Assembly (NCBI GenBank): GCA_004431415.1 | Contig: QPMI01000594.1 | Coordinates: 1-64,000 of the forward strand | DNA from: Cyanophora paradoxa CCMP329 | Lineage: Eukaryota; Plantae; Glaucophyta | DNA: 64,000 nt | Reading direction: 5' to 3' | Part shown: positions 1-11,700 of the stretch, piece by piece | Layout of the letters: every line of letters starts with the position of its first letter | How positions within the stretch are numbered: the stretch's first letter is position 1 | Notes under the pieces: generated by a model | Told to the model about the DNA's origin: nothing | Databases searched by the model: none | What the model saw: the letters and a program-made list of their open reading frames with translations, nothing else | Position numbers and translations under genes: made by a program

Positions 1-129
1 TGATGACTCAATTACTCAGTGACTCAAATGTCGGAGTACTGTAGAACTAGTTAATTTAGTTAAGGAAAATAATTTTTTTTGGTGAATTACCGGCCACAGT
101 CTCTAGACACCAGCACTGCGGGGGCTGCC

Positions 130-1370
130 CAGGGGCATAAAGACAAAAAAGCAAAATAACTAAGACAAGAGCACGAAGAAAGATAAGACAAAGAGCCAAA
201 ATCGACAATAAAAAGGAAAGACACAGAGCTCGAGACAGATCGATAGCGAGAAGAGACGATAAATCGAGCAGATGTAGGGACAGAGGATAACTGACACGAG
301 AAAAGCCAGAGCTAGAGATACCATCAATATCAGAAGGAATTACATCACTAAGAAGCGGGGGACAAAATTGAGAAAGATAAATAACAGGAAGAAGACAAGT
401 AAGAGGAACAACAAGACGACATGGAGGCGGAGGCGAAGCAGGACGATGCGAAAGGGCAGAGCTACGGCACGAGGTCGAGGAGACACAGGAGGCGGAGCAG
501 GCGATCAAGAGCAGGCAAAAGGACAGTCAAAGGAATCACTAAAGCCGGCCGGGGTCGAGGCGGGCAATCGATATCGAACTGCAAACGACGGCGAACAACA
601 GGTCGAGCACGAGGACTATAGCTAGTATTGAAACTAACTCTAGCATCAACACTACGATCAGAATCCGAACCAGACCGAACTAAACTAGAAGACGAAGAAG
701 TACGCCGGCGCCGGCGGGATACGATCGCGACCAGCAAAGCAGAAGACGAAGGCAAAGGCGGCAGTCCGGTATCAAGAACAAAGGCCGGAGGGTCCGGCCC
801 GGCAAACTGCCGGGGGGAAGTAGAAGGAGCCGCAGGCTCGGCAAGCCGGCGACGGGTACGACCACGAGTCCGGGAGGAGATCGGGGAAGCCGGTCCCGGA
901 GCTGAGGGCCCAGGAGCAGAGCCAGGAGAAGGTAAGCCCGGCGAGAAATCTGACCCGGAGCCGGAACCCAGCGAACGACGACGACGAAGAGGCCCCGAGG
1001 AGCCACAACGGGGGAGCTACCGAGCAAAGTACTGACAGCCGGCGCCGAACACGGCGGCGGAGGTACCCCGCAGACAGTGGCAGGCGGAGAGTCCAGGGTC
1101 GATCGAGAGATCCGCCGACGGGAATGCGGCGGGGGCCGACGAGACGGAAGAGGCGAGGAGGGGGCCGAGGAAGGGTCGGAGGCAGGGGAAGGGCCGCGAG
1201 CAGGTGACGGGGATCGCTGCCGGCGCCGAAGAGAGGGCAGCGAAGTAGGAGAAAGGTCGGGTGGCGCCGGATCAGATGACACGGAGGTCATGGCCATGGG
1301 CGGCGCAGAGAGAGACGAGCTCGAGGGCGCAAGGGCCCGACGAGGGCGCCGGCGACGAATCTCACTAAGG
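130..1370. other. Purine-skewed low-complexity region, possibly a decayed transposon or ORF remnant
   Basis: Strong A/G bias on + strand (GACGA/GAGA-rich); the overlapping ORFs are compositional (R/E/G-rich or S/P/L-rich) with no recognisable domain. Confidence 0.3.
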
Positions 1371-1374
1371 AAAA

Positions 1375-2290
1375 TAATTAGTAGTTCGCCAAAACTGTCA
1401 CTTTAGCAGGGGCAAAATCTTTAGTAGTTCGGTCTTCGCAAGGCTTTTGTATGGCGGAGAAGGGACTACCCCTAAGAAATCTCGGCTTTAGCAGGCGAGG
1501 AATATTTAGTAGATCGCCCAAAACTTTTTAGTACTATAAATATGCAGCCCACTAAGTATTTCTAGTTTCGCGACTCAGTCACGGTGCAGCCTGCAGGTTG
1601 CGGCCAACTTCTAAGTTAATTATAAGGCAACTTGCCAAGTTGCGGCCCGCACTGCGGCACTAGTACTGCGGGCCAGTCTGCGGCAACTTACTTGCCAAGT
1701 TGCCAAGTTGGTTGCGGGAAGTTGCGGGCCGCAACTTACTTGGGCCCGCAAGTTGCGGCCGCCGGGCCCAAGTTGCAGCCTGGCAGCCTCAGTGGCAGGT
1801 TGCGGCCCGGCGGGCTGCACTCAGTACTAGCCTAGTAGTGTGACTGCAGCCTGCAGCCTGCAGCCTGCAGGCTGCATCCTGTAGGCTGCAGGCTGCAAGT
1901 CTCACTGAGTCAGAGTATCAAGATCCGATGATCATCGCCGAGTCGACGCCGACTCGACGCCGAGTCGGATCATCGGATCATCCGCCGCGGGCCGATGATC
2001 GCCGATGATCGATCCACTGGCCACTGGCCTCCGCGCTGCTGGACCACGCACTGCGGCAGTCGGCCAGCCAGTCAGCCAGTGCCCGTGCCAGCACTGCCAG
2101 GCCTGACACTGCGGCAGACCAAAAGGCAGTCAATTACTAAGTTAAGGCCCTGAGGCCCGGCGGCCTCCACACGCAGAATCTGAGACTCATCAGTGACTCC
2201 GAGAGTCTGAGACCGCGCGCGGCCGGGCCGGCCAGCTGCAGCCGCGGCCTGCCGCGCAGTGCGGCTTCACTGAGTCAGCGTTCAAACTAG
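1375..2290. repeat. Mosaic of short direct and inverted micro-repeats
   Basis: TTTAGYAG repeats 1378-1535; CAAGTTGCGGCCC / GCAACTT repeats in both orientations 1590-1810; near-perfect palindrome of CTGCAGC units 1845-1897; GATCATCG/CGATGATC units 1920-2013; TGAGTCA/TGACTC words. Confidence 0.75.
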
Positions 2291-2399
2291 TCTAATTTGC
2301 CGGCAACCAGACGGACTCGCGATTGGGAGCTGCCGCCGGGCATCTGCAGAAGACACCATTTATACGTTTGTAGAAAGCGTAATTATAAGGCGCCGGCTG

Positions 2400-2715
2400 C
2401 CGCAGTGCACATGTACAAGTGCACATGTACATCCGTAAAGACATGCGTTTGTATTGCTGCAGTTGCCGGAGGGCTCGACTGCATGCGCATGCGCAGCTGT
2501 GCACGAACGCCTGTCTGCACATGGGCATGTTTTCATATGCATATTTGTGCCTAGGTCTGTTACTTTTCGATGCATATGGATCTCTTGGAGGTGAGAGCGC
2601 GCGCTTGCGCATGCGTGTCGAATACGTTAACGTATACATACTATATATGATACTATGATATCCGTATATATACATACGCGTATACGTATACGTATACGTA
2701 TCCTACACATACACA
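2400..2715. repeat. Alternating purine-pyrimidine tract including (TATACG)n
   Basis: CACATGTACA, TGCATGCGCATGCGCA, GCGCGCGC and TATACGTATACGTATACGTA (2681-2700). Confidence 0.75.
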
Positions 2716-2752
2716 CCTTCCAGTGACAGAGGGTCCTGTGGCCCCCGCGCAG

Positions 2753-5700
2753 CGCTGGCCGCGACGACGGCCGCCGCGCCGGCGCCCTCCGTCTCTCTTG
2801 GTGCAGTGACGCCGACGTCAGTCGCGCTGTCCGCCTCCCTCCCGCTTTTGGTCGCTTCCAGTACAGGCTCCTTCGCCGGCGTTAGCTTCCGGTTCTATCG
2901 AGGGGGCGTCCACATCGCGACGGTGCCCGCATCCGCGGCCGCGGCCTCCGCCGGCGGATTAGCGGCAGCCTCGTACAGTGACGGCGGGCTCGAGCCCGGC
3001 GCGTTGTACTCGTATACCGCCGATTTCGTGTGGGGCAGCGATGCCTCGTCCGAGCTTAGCGCCCCCGCCAGCGTCCGCCCGATGGCCGGCGTCTCGTGCG
3101 CCGCAGCCGCTGCCTCTGTTGCAATCGCGGCGTCGCCTTCGCCGCTGGAGGCCTGCACAGACCTGGCGCTGACCGCTCAAGTCGGCTCGGGGCTCTGCGG
3201 CCTGCCAGCATCCTACGCTTGGGCCGTCGGTGGGCTTTACATAATTATTTTTCGTTTTTCGGCATCGATATAGCGCTGAATTCGAAGCTGACGTTGTTTA
3301 CATGTGCCGTCCCGCAGATTCACCTTCGCTCGGCGGGAGCAACTTGCAGGCCATACTCAGCGATCTGTCGGCAGCGACGGGCGCTTCCGCGACTGTCCGC
3401 TGGCAGGCGCTGCTGCTTCCAGGCCGTGTGCACTCTCTCAGGTTTCGTGTCAGCTTCACGAGCGGGCTTGGAGTGCTCTCTTCCGCGTCTATCACTCTGA
3501 ACACGGCCGCGCTTCCGCCGCCCTCACTCTCGGTCGCCGGCGCACGGGACGTGTACGCGTTCCAGGGGGCGCTTCACCTCACCGCAGAGATCGTGCAGAC
3601 GGTTTGCGGTGGCTCAACAGTGCAGCTTCCTCCCCTCAACCTCGCGGTGCGCTTCACTATTTGTTCGGAAATTAGTGCTCCTAACTTTCAACGCTGATGT
3701 ACACGCTTATGATCATTGCGCAGTGGTCTGTTCGGCCCGTCAATCCCGCAGGCGACGAGCTAGCCGTTCCGTCTGGCGCCGTCGCCACGAGCGGAAGGGA
3801 GCTGACAATCCCCGCCGGGGCGCTCCGCGGGGGCGTTCAGTACGCGGTTCGCTTCGTCGCGTTCTACTCGGCGGATCCGTCCGCCTATTCGCAAGCAGTC
3901 GTGTCGTTTACTGCTCTCAGCACGCCGCTGGTCGTCACCATTCCGAAAGGCGACCGCAATGCTACCGCGGGCTTACCCCTCGTTCTTGCGTGCAACGCGT
4001 CGGACCCTGATTACAATTCAGCTCTGACATCCGCGAGTTTTTGGGCCCCTCTCCCGCCAGCGGCGCAGCAGAGCTCGAGTTCAGCTGTCGATTCGGCAGC
4101 CTGCCAGTTCCGGGCGCAACTGCAGGCGGCACAGCGCAAGCGTTCGCTGCTGCAGTGGGGCTCAGAACAAGACCCGGAAGGCGCTGCTGCCTTCTCCGTT
4201 TATGTGGAGTCGATCAAGTGCCTCAGCTCTAATCCTACCAGCAGTGGCCTGAGCAGCAAAGGAACCTGCATCATCCACTTCGGTGACCTTTTCTATTTCT
4301 TGATCCCTTTCATTAACTTTGTTTCACGTTTCGAATATATGCAGGATATTACAACCCGTCGACATCCCCTCTCACCGTCTCTGCATGGAGCGCCGACAAC
4401 TACGTGGCTCTGCCGGCAGGCTTCCTCCAGTCTGCCGTCAACCTTCCCTCCCGCTTTGAGCCCGGCAACGTCGCGCGCGCTTTCACTGTCCCTGCACCAT
4501 GCTACCCCTGCGATGTCTCGTACACGTGGTCCGTCCGTCTGACAGTCGGTGGTCGGCGGGTCTCGGCGTCAGCGACTGCGAACCCCTGCTTCCCACCGCG
4601 GGCAGACATCGGTGCGGCCTTCGAATTCTATGAGCCCACCAGCGGCACGTGCAAGACGTCCGGATCCACTTCTAATTCTGCACCGGTTTCGTTACCGGAT
4701 GTTTTGGTGATCTCCTGGAGCTGCAAGAGCCTAGGCCTGGACCCGGCATCCCCGTCGGAATGCAGCAGCAGCATGCTCGACACGATGACCGTTATCCCGG
4801 GCAGCGCGATCACAAATTCAACGCGCTCCAGTCTTATGCAGATCGTTCTCCCTGGGGGCTTCTCGATTCCTTTCCAGTTCACATGCTCCGCACGCATGGG
4901 CTCTCGCAACGGCAGCACAAGCGTGGTGGTTCAGTCGGTCGCAGGAAGCGGACCAACTATTCTCGTCCACGTGCGCTGTCTGCAGCTGAATTTAAAAGAT
5001 TGGTTTGTTTTAAGATGAAGCTTACTCCTCGATTACATATCCCGTCGGCTCCGCAGGGCGTCTTCGATGAGAATGGTAACCCTTATCCGAAGATCCAGGA
5101 TGGCGCTCGCGAAATTCCGGTCGTCCCATGGAACCGGCCCCTCCTTTTCCAGACCACGGTCACGTCGAACGTTCCCGTTGGGGCTGATCCGGCAGTGACG
5201 TACGAATGGTCGCTGCCGCCCTCGAACATCGCTCTCGAGTACGGCACGACTATCTCAAGTGCGAGCCGCGACAACGTGCCAACTCTCATCGTCATGAAGA
5301 ACGTCGTCACTCCGGGCGCCGTCTACCGCGCGACGGTCACCGCCCAAGATGCTCTCGGCAATGTCGCGTCTGCTTACGTCGAGTTCAAAGTCGGCTCGCC
5401 GCCGCTCACGATGTCGTCCTCGAGCGGCTTGGCCGTCGCCCCGACGAACGGCACGGCGATGGGATCCGGGCTCAACATGACGCTATTCCGTTTAACGGCG
5501 CTGGACTGGTATTCCGCCTTTGGGCCTCTGGAGTACTCGTTCTACTACATTCGTCCTCTTCAGCAGCAGAACGAGACTATCCGGCTTTTCGAGAGCACTG
5601 TAAACGGCACAGTTCGCAACGAGACGGACGGGCGTGAAGAGTTTATCACCGGTTGGGCACCAAACAATTCTCGCGGCAACGTCCTCCTACATGCCGGAAT

Positions 5701-8700
5701 CCTGCCGTACTATTACATCACGTACGTTCTTGGCTGATTAGCTGAGTAGCTGATTAGCTACGATATCATTTGATTGCGACGCATGCACAGTTGCGTTGTG
5801 TACGTGCGCGACGTATACGGGAACGAAGTTCGCGCCATCGCTCGAGCGAGCGTGCTCCCTCCGAGCTTGACGGTCAGATCCGCGATGTCTATATTATTGT
5901 CTATCGACCCGTGACCAGCCTGAAAAATATGTAATTTCCGTCGCAGATCTGGTCAACTACAAGCCGCTCGATCGGATGGGCTGCGGACATGATCAATATT
6001 GCCGACCCGGGCGATGGCTTGAACTCGATTCTCGCCGGCGCCCCTCTATCCAACTGGGGAGCGAACGGGGCCGCTGTGACCTGCTCGGTCTCGCTCCCAT
6101 CGCTAACGAGTGCCTGGAGCGACGACGATCCGTCCGACCCCGTCGATGAGGCGGAGTATATGTACATGAAGGGGCACTATATTGTACGCCATTCATTTCA
6201 TCATTCATTATAAGTTCGTAAGCTGAAATTGCTCAATTTCTGCAAATTAAATACAGGTTCGGAACGAGGGGCGAACCGCCATCAACGACCCTCTCACCGT
6301 TGTCTGTCGCCAAGTCTCCACATTTGCGAGCATCGCGGACCCGGGCAATCCGCTCGAGACGAGAGTCCCCTATTCCTCTCCGTTTTTAAACGACGGGGGT
6401 CTCAACCAGAGGCTCGTTCCGTGGAACACCATAGACGACGATTCATTCAATCTCGCCGATGTGGGCTGGGCCATGCCCGTCGGGGGCTCCTCCAGCTTCG
6501 ACTTAATCGTCCGCTGCCCGAAGGGCCAGCAAGCCCGCTGCCTGCTGCCGGTGTGCAGCTGCTCTGGGCCGACGCAGGCTTCACTTGACAGCTTGAATTT
6601 GCTGGTGCAAACGCAAGCTTCGTGAGAATACGCATACGCTCAAAGCTCTTACCTTAATCGATGCAGATCGCAAATATCACGTACCAGCTCAGCCGCGGCT
6701 CGATTCCGGACACTGAAGTGGAGCAGTGCATCAACGTCATCAATGGGATCTTTGGCGGAACCAGCGTGGACGCCGTTATGATCGGGACAACCCAAACCGC
6801 CGCCGGAATTCTTGAGGAGCTCCTTCGAGCTTTGTGCGTTTAATTTCTCGCCGCTCGCTTGTAGTCTATTGATCATAATTATTGGTTTTTGCTGGACATG
6901 TTTTGCTGATCGTCGATTGGCAGCGAGGCTGGACAGCTCGCGTACGACGTCACATACGAGGCTGCGCTGTCGCTTAACCGCATGCTTTACGACCCAGGGC
7001 AGCCGAACGATGTCGCGTGCGCTTCTTAATGTTTTCTACTCCAATATGTATATATAACCTGTGGCTTACTTTCATGCTTTGCCTTTCCACAGAACCGGCC
7101 GTCCAGACGCTCCCGCAGTGATTCTGTCAAACATAACGGCCTCTTCCATCGTCGTCACCGTGAACTACCCGTCATCCATTAACCGAAGCGACATGATCAT
7201 GACAATCTTGTACCGCCAAGGCCCCGGAGATGCAGAGCCGGTGCTGCTAGCGAGTCTGCCAAATGCACAAAACATGTTCATGGACGAAGGGCTTGCGCCC
7301 GGCAGCATTCATACGTACACTTCGACATTCACGCTGTCCAACGCTATCACCAGCCAGCTCGCGGATCCCGTTTCGGGCCTGACGAACAACATTTCAAAGC
7401 CAAGCATCTCCGCGAACAAGATCACAGCGACGACTGTGAAGGTATGCGTGAATTATCCAGCAGACATCAGCCACCAGGCAATCCTCACGACGGAACTCTC
7501 TATTGTAGCGCACATTCTTTTCACGGGCGCGATCACGAAAACAAATCCAAACCAGGACTGCAAGACGCTCGTGGGTCTGGAGCCCGCAACGACGTCGAAC
7601 ATTACGGCGTACTACGCGACAACTGGCGCCAACTCGCCAACCTCTGACGTCCTTCAGGTGACTCAGGCGAGCCCCGCGGCACCCTCACTGTCGGTTTCTT
7701 TCGACCCCGCGTTTCCGAGCGCGACGGTCGTCATGGTGCGGGCCGTCTTTCCGAGCCAACCAAAAGACCCGATCCAGCAGACAAGTCCCGCGGAAGACCT
7801 CTTGCCGGTCGTCACCCGCGTCGAGTTGTACCGCGACGGAGACCTCGTGGAGAGCAGAGTCGCAAACATGATCGACAGCAGCTACGTGTTTACAGATTCC
7901 GGACTGCCGCCGGGTACTACGTTCACGTACGAGGCGGCCCTGCTCACGGCCTACGCCAAGTCGGACAACGGGTCTGTGGCAGCGACGACCGTGCTCGCAG
8001 CGGCACCGATGCTGACGGCATCGGGCATCAATATGAACGCATCGGCTGTGGCTGTGACGGTTGCAAAGCCCCTGCCGGAGCAGGACGCCGCGGTCTCGAT
8101 TCGCATATACTTTGCGACCTCGATCGCGGGCCCATACTCGAAGCTCGCCGAGATTGACAAGTCGGCGGACGTGTACGAATACACGCACGTGGGCCTGGAG
8201 TCGGGCACTCAGTACTGGTACATAGCGGACTACACCACGGCTGGGCTCCCGAACTTCAGGGCGGGTGCCGACTCGCCGAACAGCACCGAAGACAGTGCAT
8301 GGACGTCGCCGAACCCGCCCGTCTTGAGCTTGGCGTCGTCCGTCACTGTGTCGCCAAGCGAGACCAGCACCGTGATTCACGTTGCGCCTTTGACGGCAGA
8401 CACCGACATCAGCCAGCTCGTTCTGGCGCGCGCCGATTCAGGGTACACCTGCATTGAAACTTCGTGGAGCGGGACCGCCGGCACCGCAGACTGCACAGAC
8501 GGCAACGGGCTGCTAGCGACGACGTACACGTACAACGCGTACTATGTGGGACAGGAGGGCATGCAGAGCGTGCACGTAAGCATCACAGTGACCACCCCAC
8601 CCATCAATCCAGTGGTGGTCATCGGGCCATACCCCGCGACGACCACAACGACCAGCATCGAGATCGAGCTGCCGCTTGGCTACGCAGCTAGCAACGGTAC

Positions 8701-11700
8701 CGAGCTGTACCGAAATGGCTCCCTCGCTGCCACGCTCTCGACATCATGCGGCGAATGCTCAAATATCAACGTTGATTGCTGCATGCGCTACAACGACACG
8801 GGGCTTGCAGCCGGCAGCGGGTACAGCTACTTGGCGCTTTTGACCGTGGACAACGGCAATGTGCGCGTTGCGTCGCCAATGTCTCTGTACACGGAGCTGT
8901 GGACTGCGCCGCCAAAGCCTCAGCCATCCGTGTACATCACTACGACAGGTCCATCGGTGACGGTGCAGGTCCCTCTTCCAGCTGGCCTCGGGAGCGTTGT
9001 GGAGGAGACGTGGTGCTGGGAGGAGCAGACGCCCTTGAACCGATTCATGGTTACCGGCCAACAGTTCACTGTCGCAGGCACTGCGACTCCACCTTCAATG
9101 CCGTACAGCGTCGACTTTGCACTGTCGTACTTCTGGGTGTGCGTGTTTCATGGCAAGGGCAACACGATCAGTGAGACAGGCACAACACAGTCGACCCTGC
9201 CGCCAAGCCGACCGAATCTTTACATCGAGGCTCTGAACTCGACTGCTCTGGAGGCGGTCGTGACAATCAACGACTTGCCAAGCCGCAACCTCACGCAGAC
9301 CGTGGTCATCACGTGCAACGGGACTGCTGCGGCATACAGCCCATCAAGATTCCGGCTTTGGATTTGCAGGCAACGTACACGTACATCCTGACAGGCCTGA
9401 AGCCCGGCGAGGTGATTGCGTGCAATGCGATGCTCAACTCCACAGCTGGCGCATCAGATGCATCGGATGCGGACAATTCGGGCACCGGTGGTGAGATGAC
9501 GCTTGGGCAGACCCTGCTTGCGCCTGCAGCCGCCTTGACAGTGTCCGACGTCAACAGCACGGCAGTGTTTCTGAACCTGACCGTCCCAGTGACCGAAGGC
9601 GTCCAGGTGATCAGAATTCTCGTGTATCGGACGCTGCAGCTGGGAAACTTCACAGTCCTTGCTGGAGACCTCGTTGCCGGCACTGACAAGTTCGTGGATG
9701 TGGGTCTGCTACCGCAGACAATGTACACGTACATGGTAGCCTACACGACTCAAGGGGAGAACTCGAATCCGAGCCCGCCAAAACATGCACGCACCGCTCC
9801 GTCGGCTTCAGAGCTCCGCTTGATAGCGAACTACGTAACGAACATCACCTTTACAGTCACGTCGCCCGACGCGATCGAGACGCACATCGAGTACACGTAC
9901 GTTTCCAGGAACGGCACTCTGCTGAGCTTGTGCTCTGGTGCCAATGCGGTCAAGGTGTGCGAGGACACGACTGTTAATCCGGGTTATGCGTACACATACA
10001 CTGTGAAGTATCGCGGCGCGGGCATTGTGGGGACGCCACTTGATAGCACCGGTGACATCTACTCATTCAGCGCCGTGTCGACTTTGTTAGACATTGTGGT
10101 GGGGCGTCCGCCAAGGCCTGTGCTGGTGGCGGAGATTGTAACGTCAACAAGCGTGAAAATCGGCATCGTATACCCAATGGATGAGAGTCTGGACGAGATT
10201 CGAGACGTAATTATCTCGCGCAATGACACCGCAGACACGCCAGACGTCTCGCTGCTGTGGCCATTCCCAGCTTTTGTGTGGGATAGTAGTCGGGCGCCGG
10301 GCTCGACAGAAACGTACGTGGCGGTGTTCAGCACAGACGCACTCGACTCGGACCCGTCGGCGCTTTTGACTGTGACACACCCGGCGCCCAACGCGCCAAC
10401 AATGTCGCAGCTGCCGGTCGCGAACCCAAACTTTGCAACTTCGCTCCGATTCCGCATCATCATGCCCAAGGACGGCACCGTGAAGCTCATGCCCTGGATA
10501 ACCGGCATCATCATTTACCGCGACGGCACTTTCCTTGAGCGTGTTTCCAGCAGCAGCGTCCTTGATGGCAGTGCAGTTGATGACTGGTACGACTTTACGG
10601 ACAACGGACTGCGGCCGAATGGAACTTACACGTACAAGGCACTGGTCGAAACGTCGCTGATCAACTCGAGCTTCTCGCTTGACCTTACAATGCAGACAGC
10701 TCGAGCGGGCCCTCCGAGGATCTCGGATGTGGAGACGGTGAACACGACGGCGCTGAGCGTGACCGTGATAGACACTCCGTCAACAATGTTCATGCCCGTA
10801 AACGTGGTGATTGTCCGGCTCCACAGCTTCAACAGCTCGGGCGACGTGGTAATGACTCTAGAAAAGTTGCTGAGCCCGCCAGCGGTCTCTGTGACGTTTA
10901 TCGTGACTGGCCTATTGCCTGGCGAGCTGTACAATTTCAACGCCGACTTCACAACGAAGGGGGAGGAGGAGGGCTTCGCAGGAGCCGACTCGTTTATGAG
11001 CAGCCCGTCGAGCGGCCGCACAATCCCAGAGCCGCCCGACCTAGCGCTTGTGTCTGCGACCAGCTTCAACATCGTTCTTCAGGTCAGCGAACCGAGCTGC
11101 GTGCCGGGCGGTTGCAGCGTGGGCGGCGTGACGGGGGTCAAGCTGTACCGCCAGCCGGTATGGACTGCGAACGGCGAGGAGGCCTCAAAGCTGATTATGT
11201 CCTCTTTTAATGGCCCATTTGAGGACCTTGATGTTCTGCCTGGAACAAATTATACGTACCACGCAATCTACATGGCTGACATTGATTCCGACGGCAAGAG
11301 CTCAGCAAACTCAGGCTCTATCACAGTCGCTACTCCTGCACAGGCCTTGCCTCCAACTATCGTCTGGAATCACGGCGCTGGAACGAATTCGACCGCAGTC
11401 TGGCTTGCTGTGAATGACGTTCCGAATCCGAACATGCCACAAATCGTGGTTGATCTTGTGGGAATCCTTGCATGCGATCTCGAAGACATTGGATACAGTT
11501 GTACAGACAATGACTACGTTAGCATCGCTAACCTGACGTCGAGTCCTTGGACCTTCGTGCATTCAGGTCTAATTCAGCGCAAGGAATACAAGTACAAGGC
11601 ATACTACACAACCCAAAGGGCTGGCTCGACGCTCAGCTCCGCAGCAAGTGGGTGGACGGCCCCAGCTGCTCCGACCATTTCAATGACGGGTCGCACACAT

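Noticed and set aside
56-1406. Protein-coding genes or a retroelement gag in the purine-rich start, with the T-run at 73-80 as a minus-strand poly(A) tail
   Set aside because: No domain motifs, RT or TSD are visible, and the ORFs reflect compositional bias only.
9313-9391. Separate genes 7061-9391 and 9313-20805, or a programmed frameshift
   Set aside because: The duplicate copy has CCCC (14796-14799) where this copy has CCC (9340-9342). That is a homopolymer indel, most likely a sequencing error.
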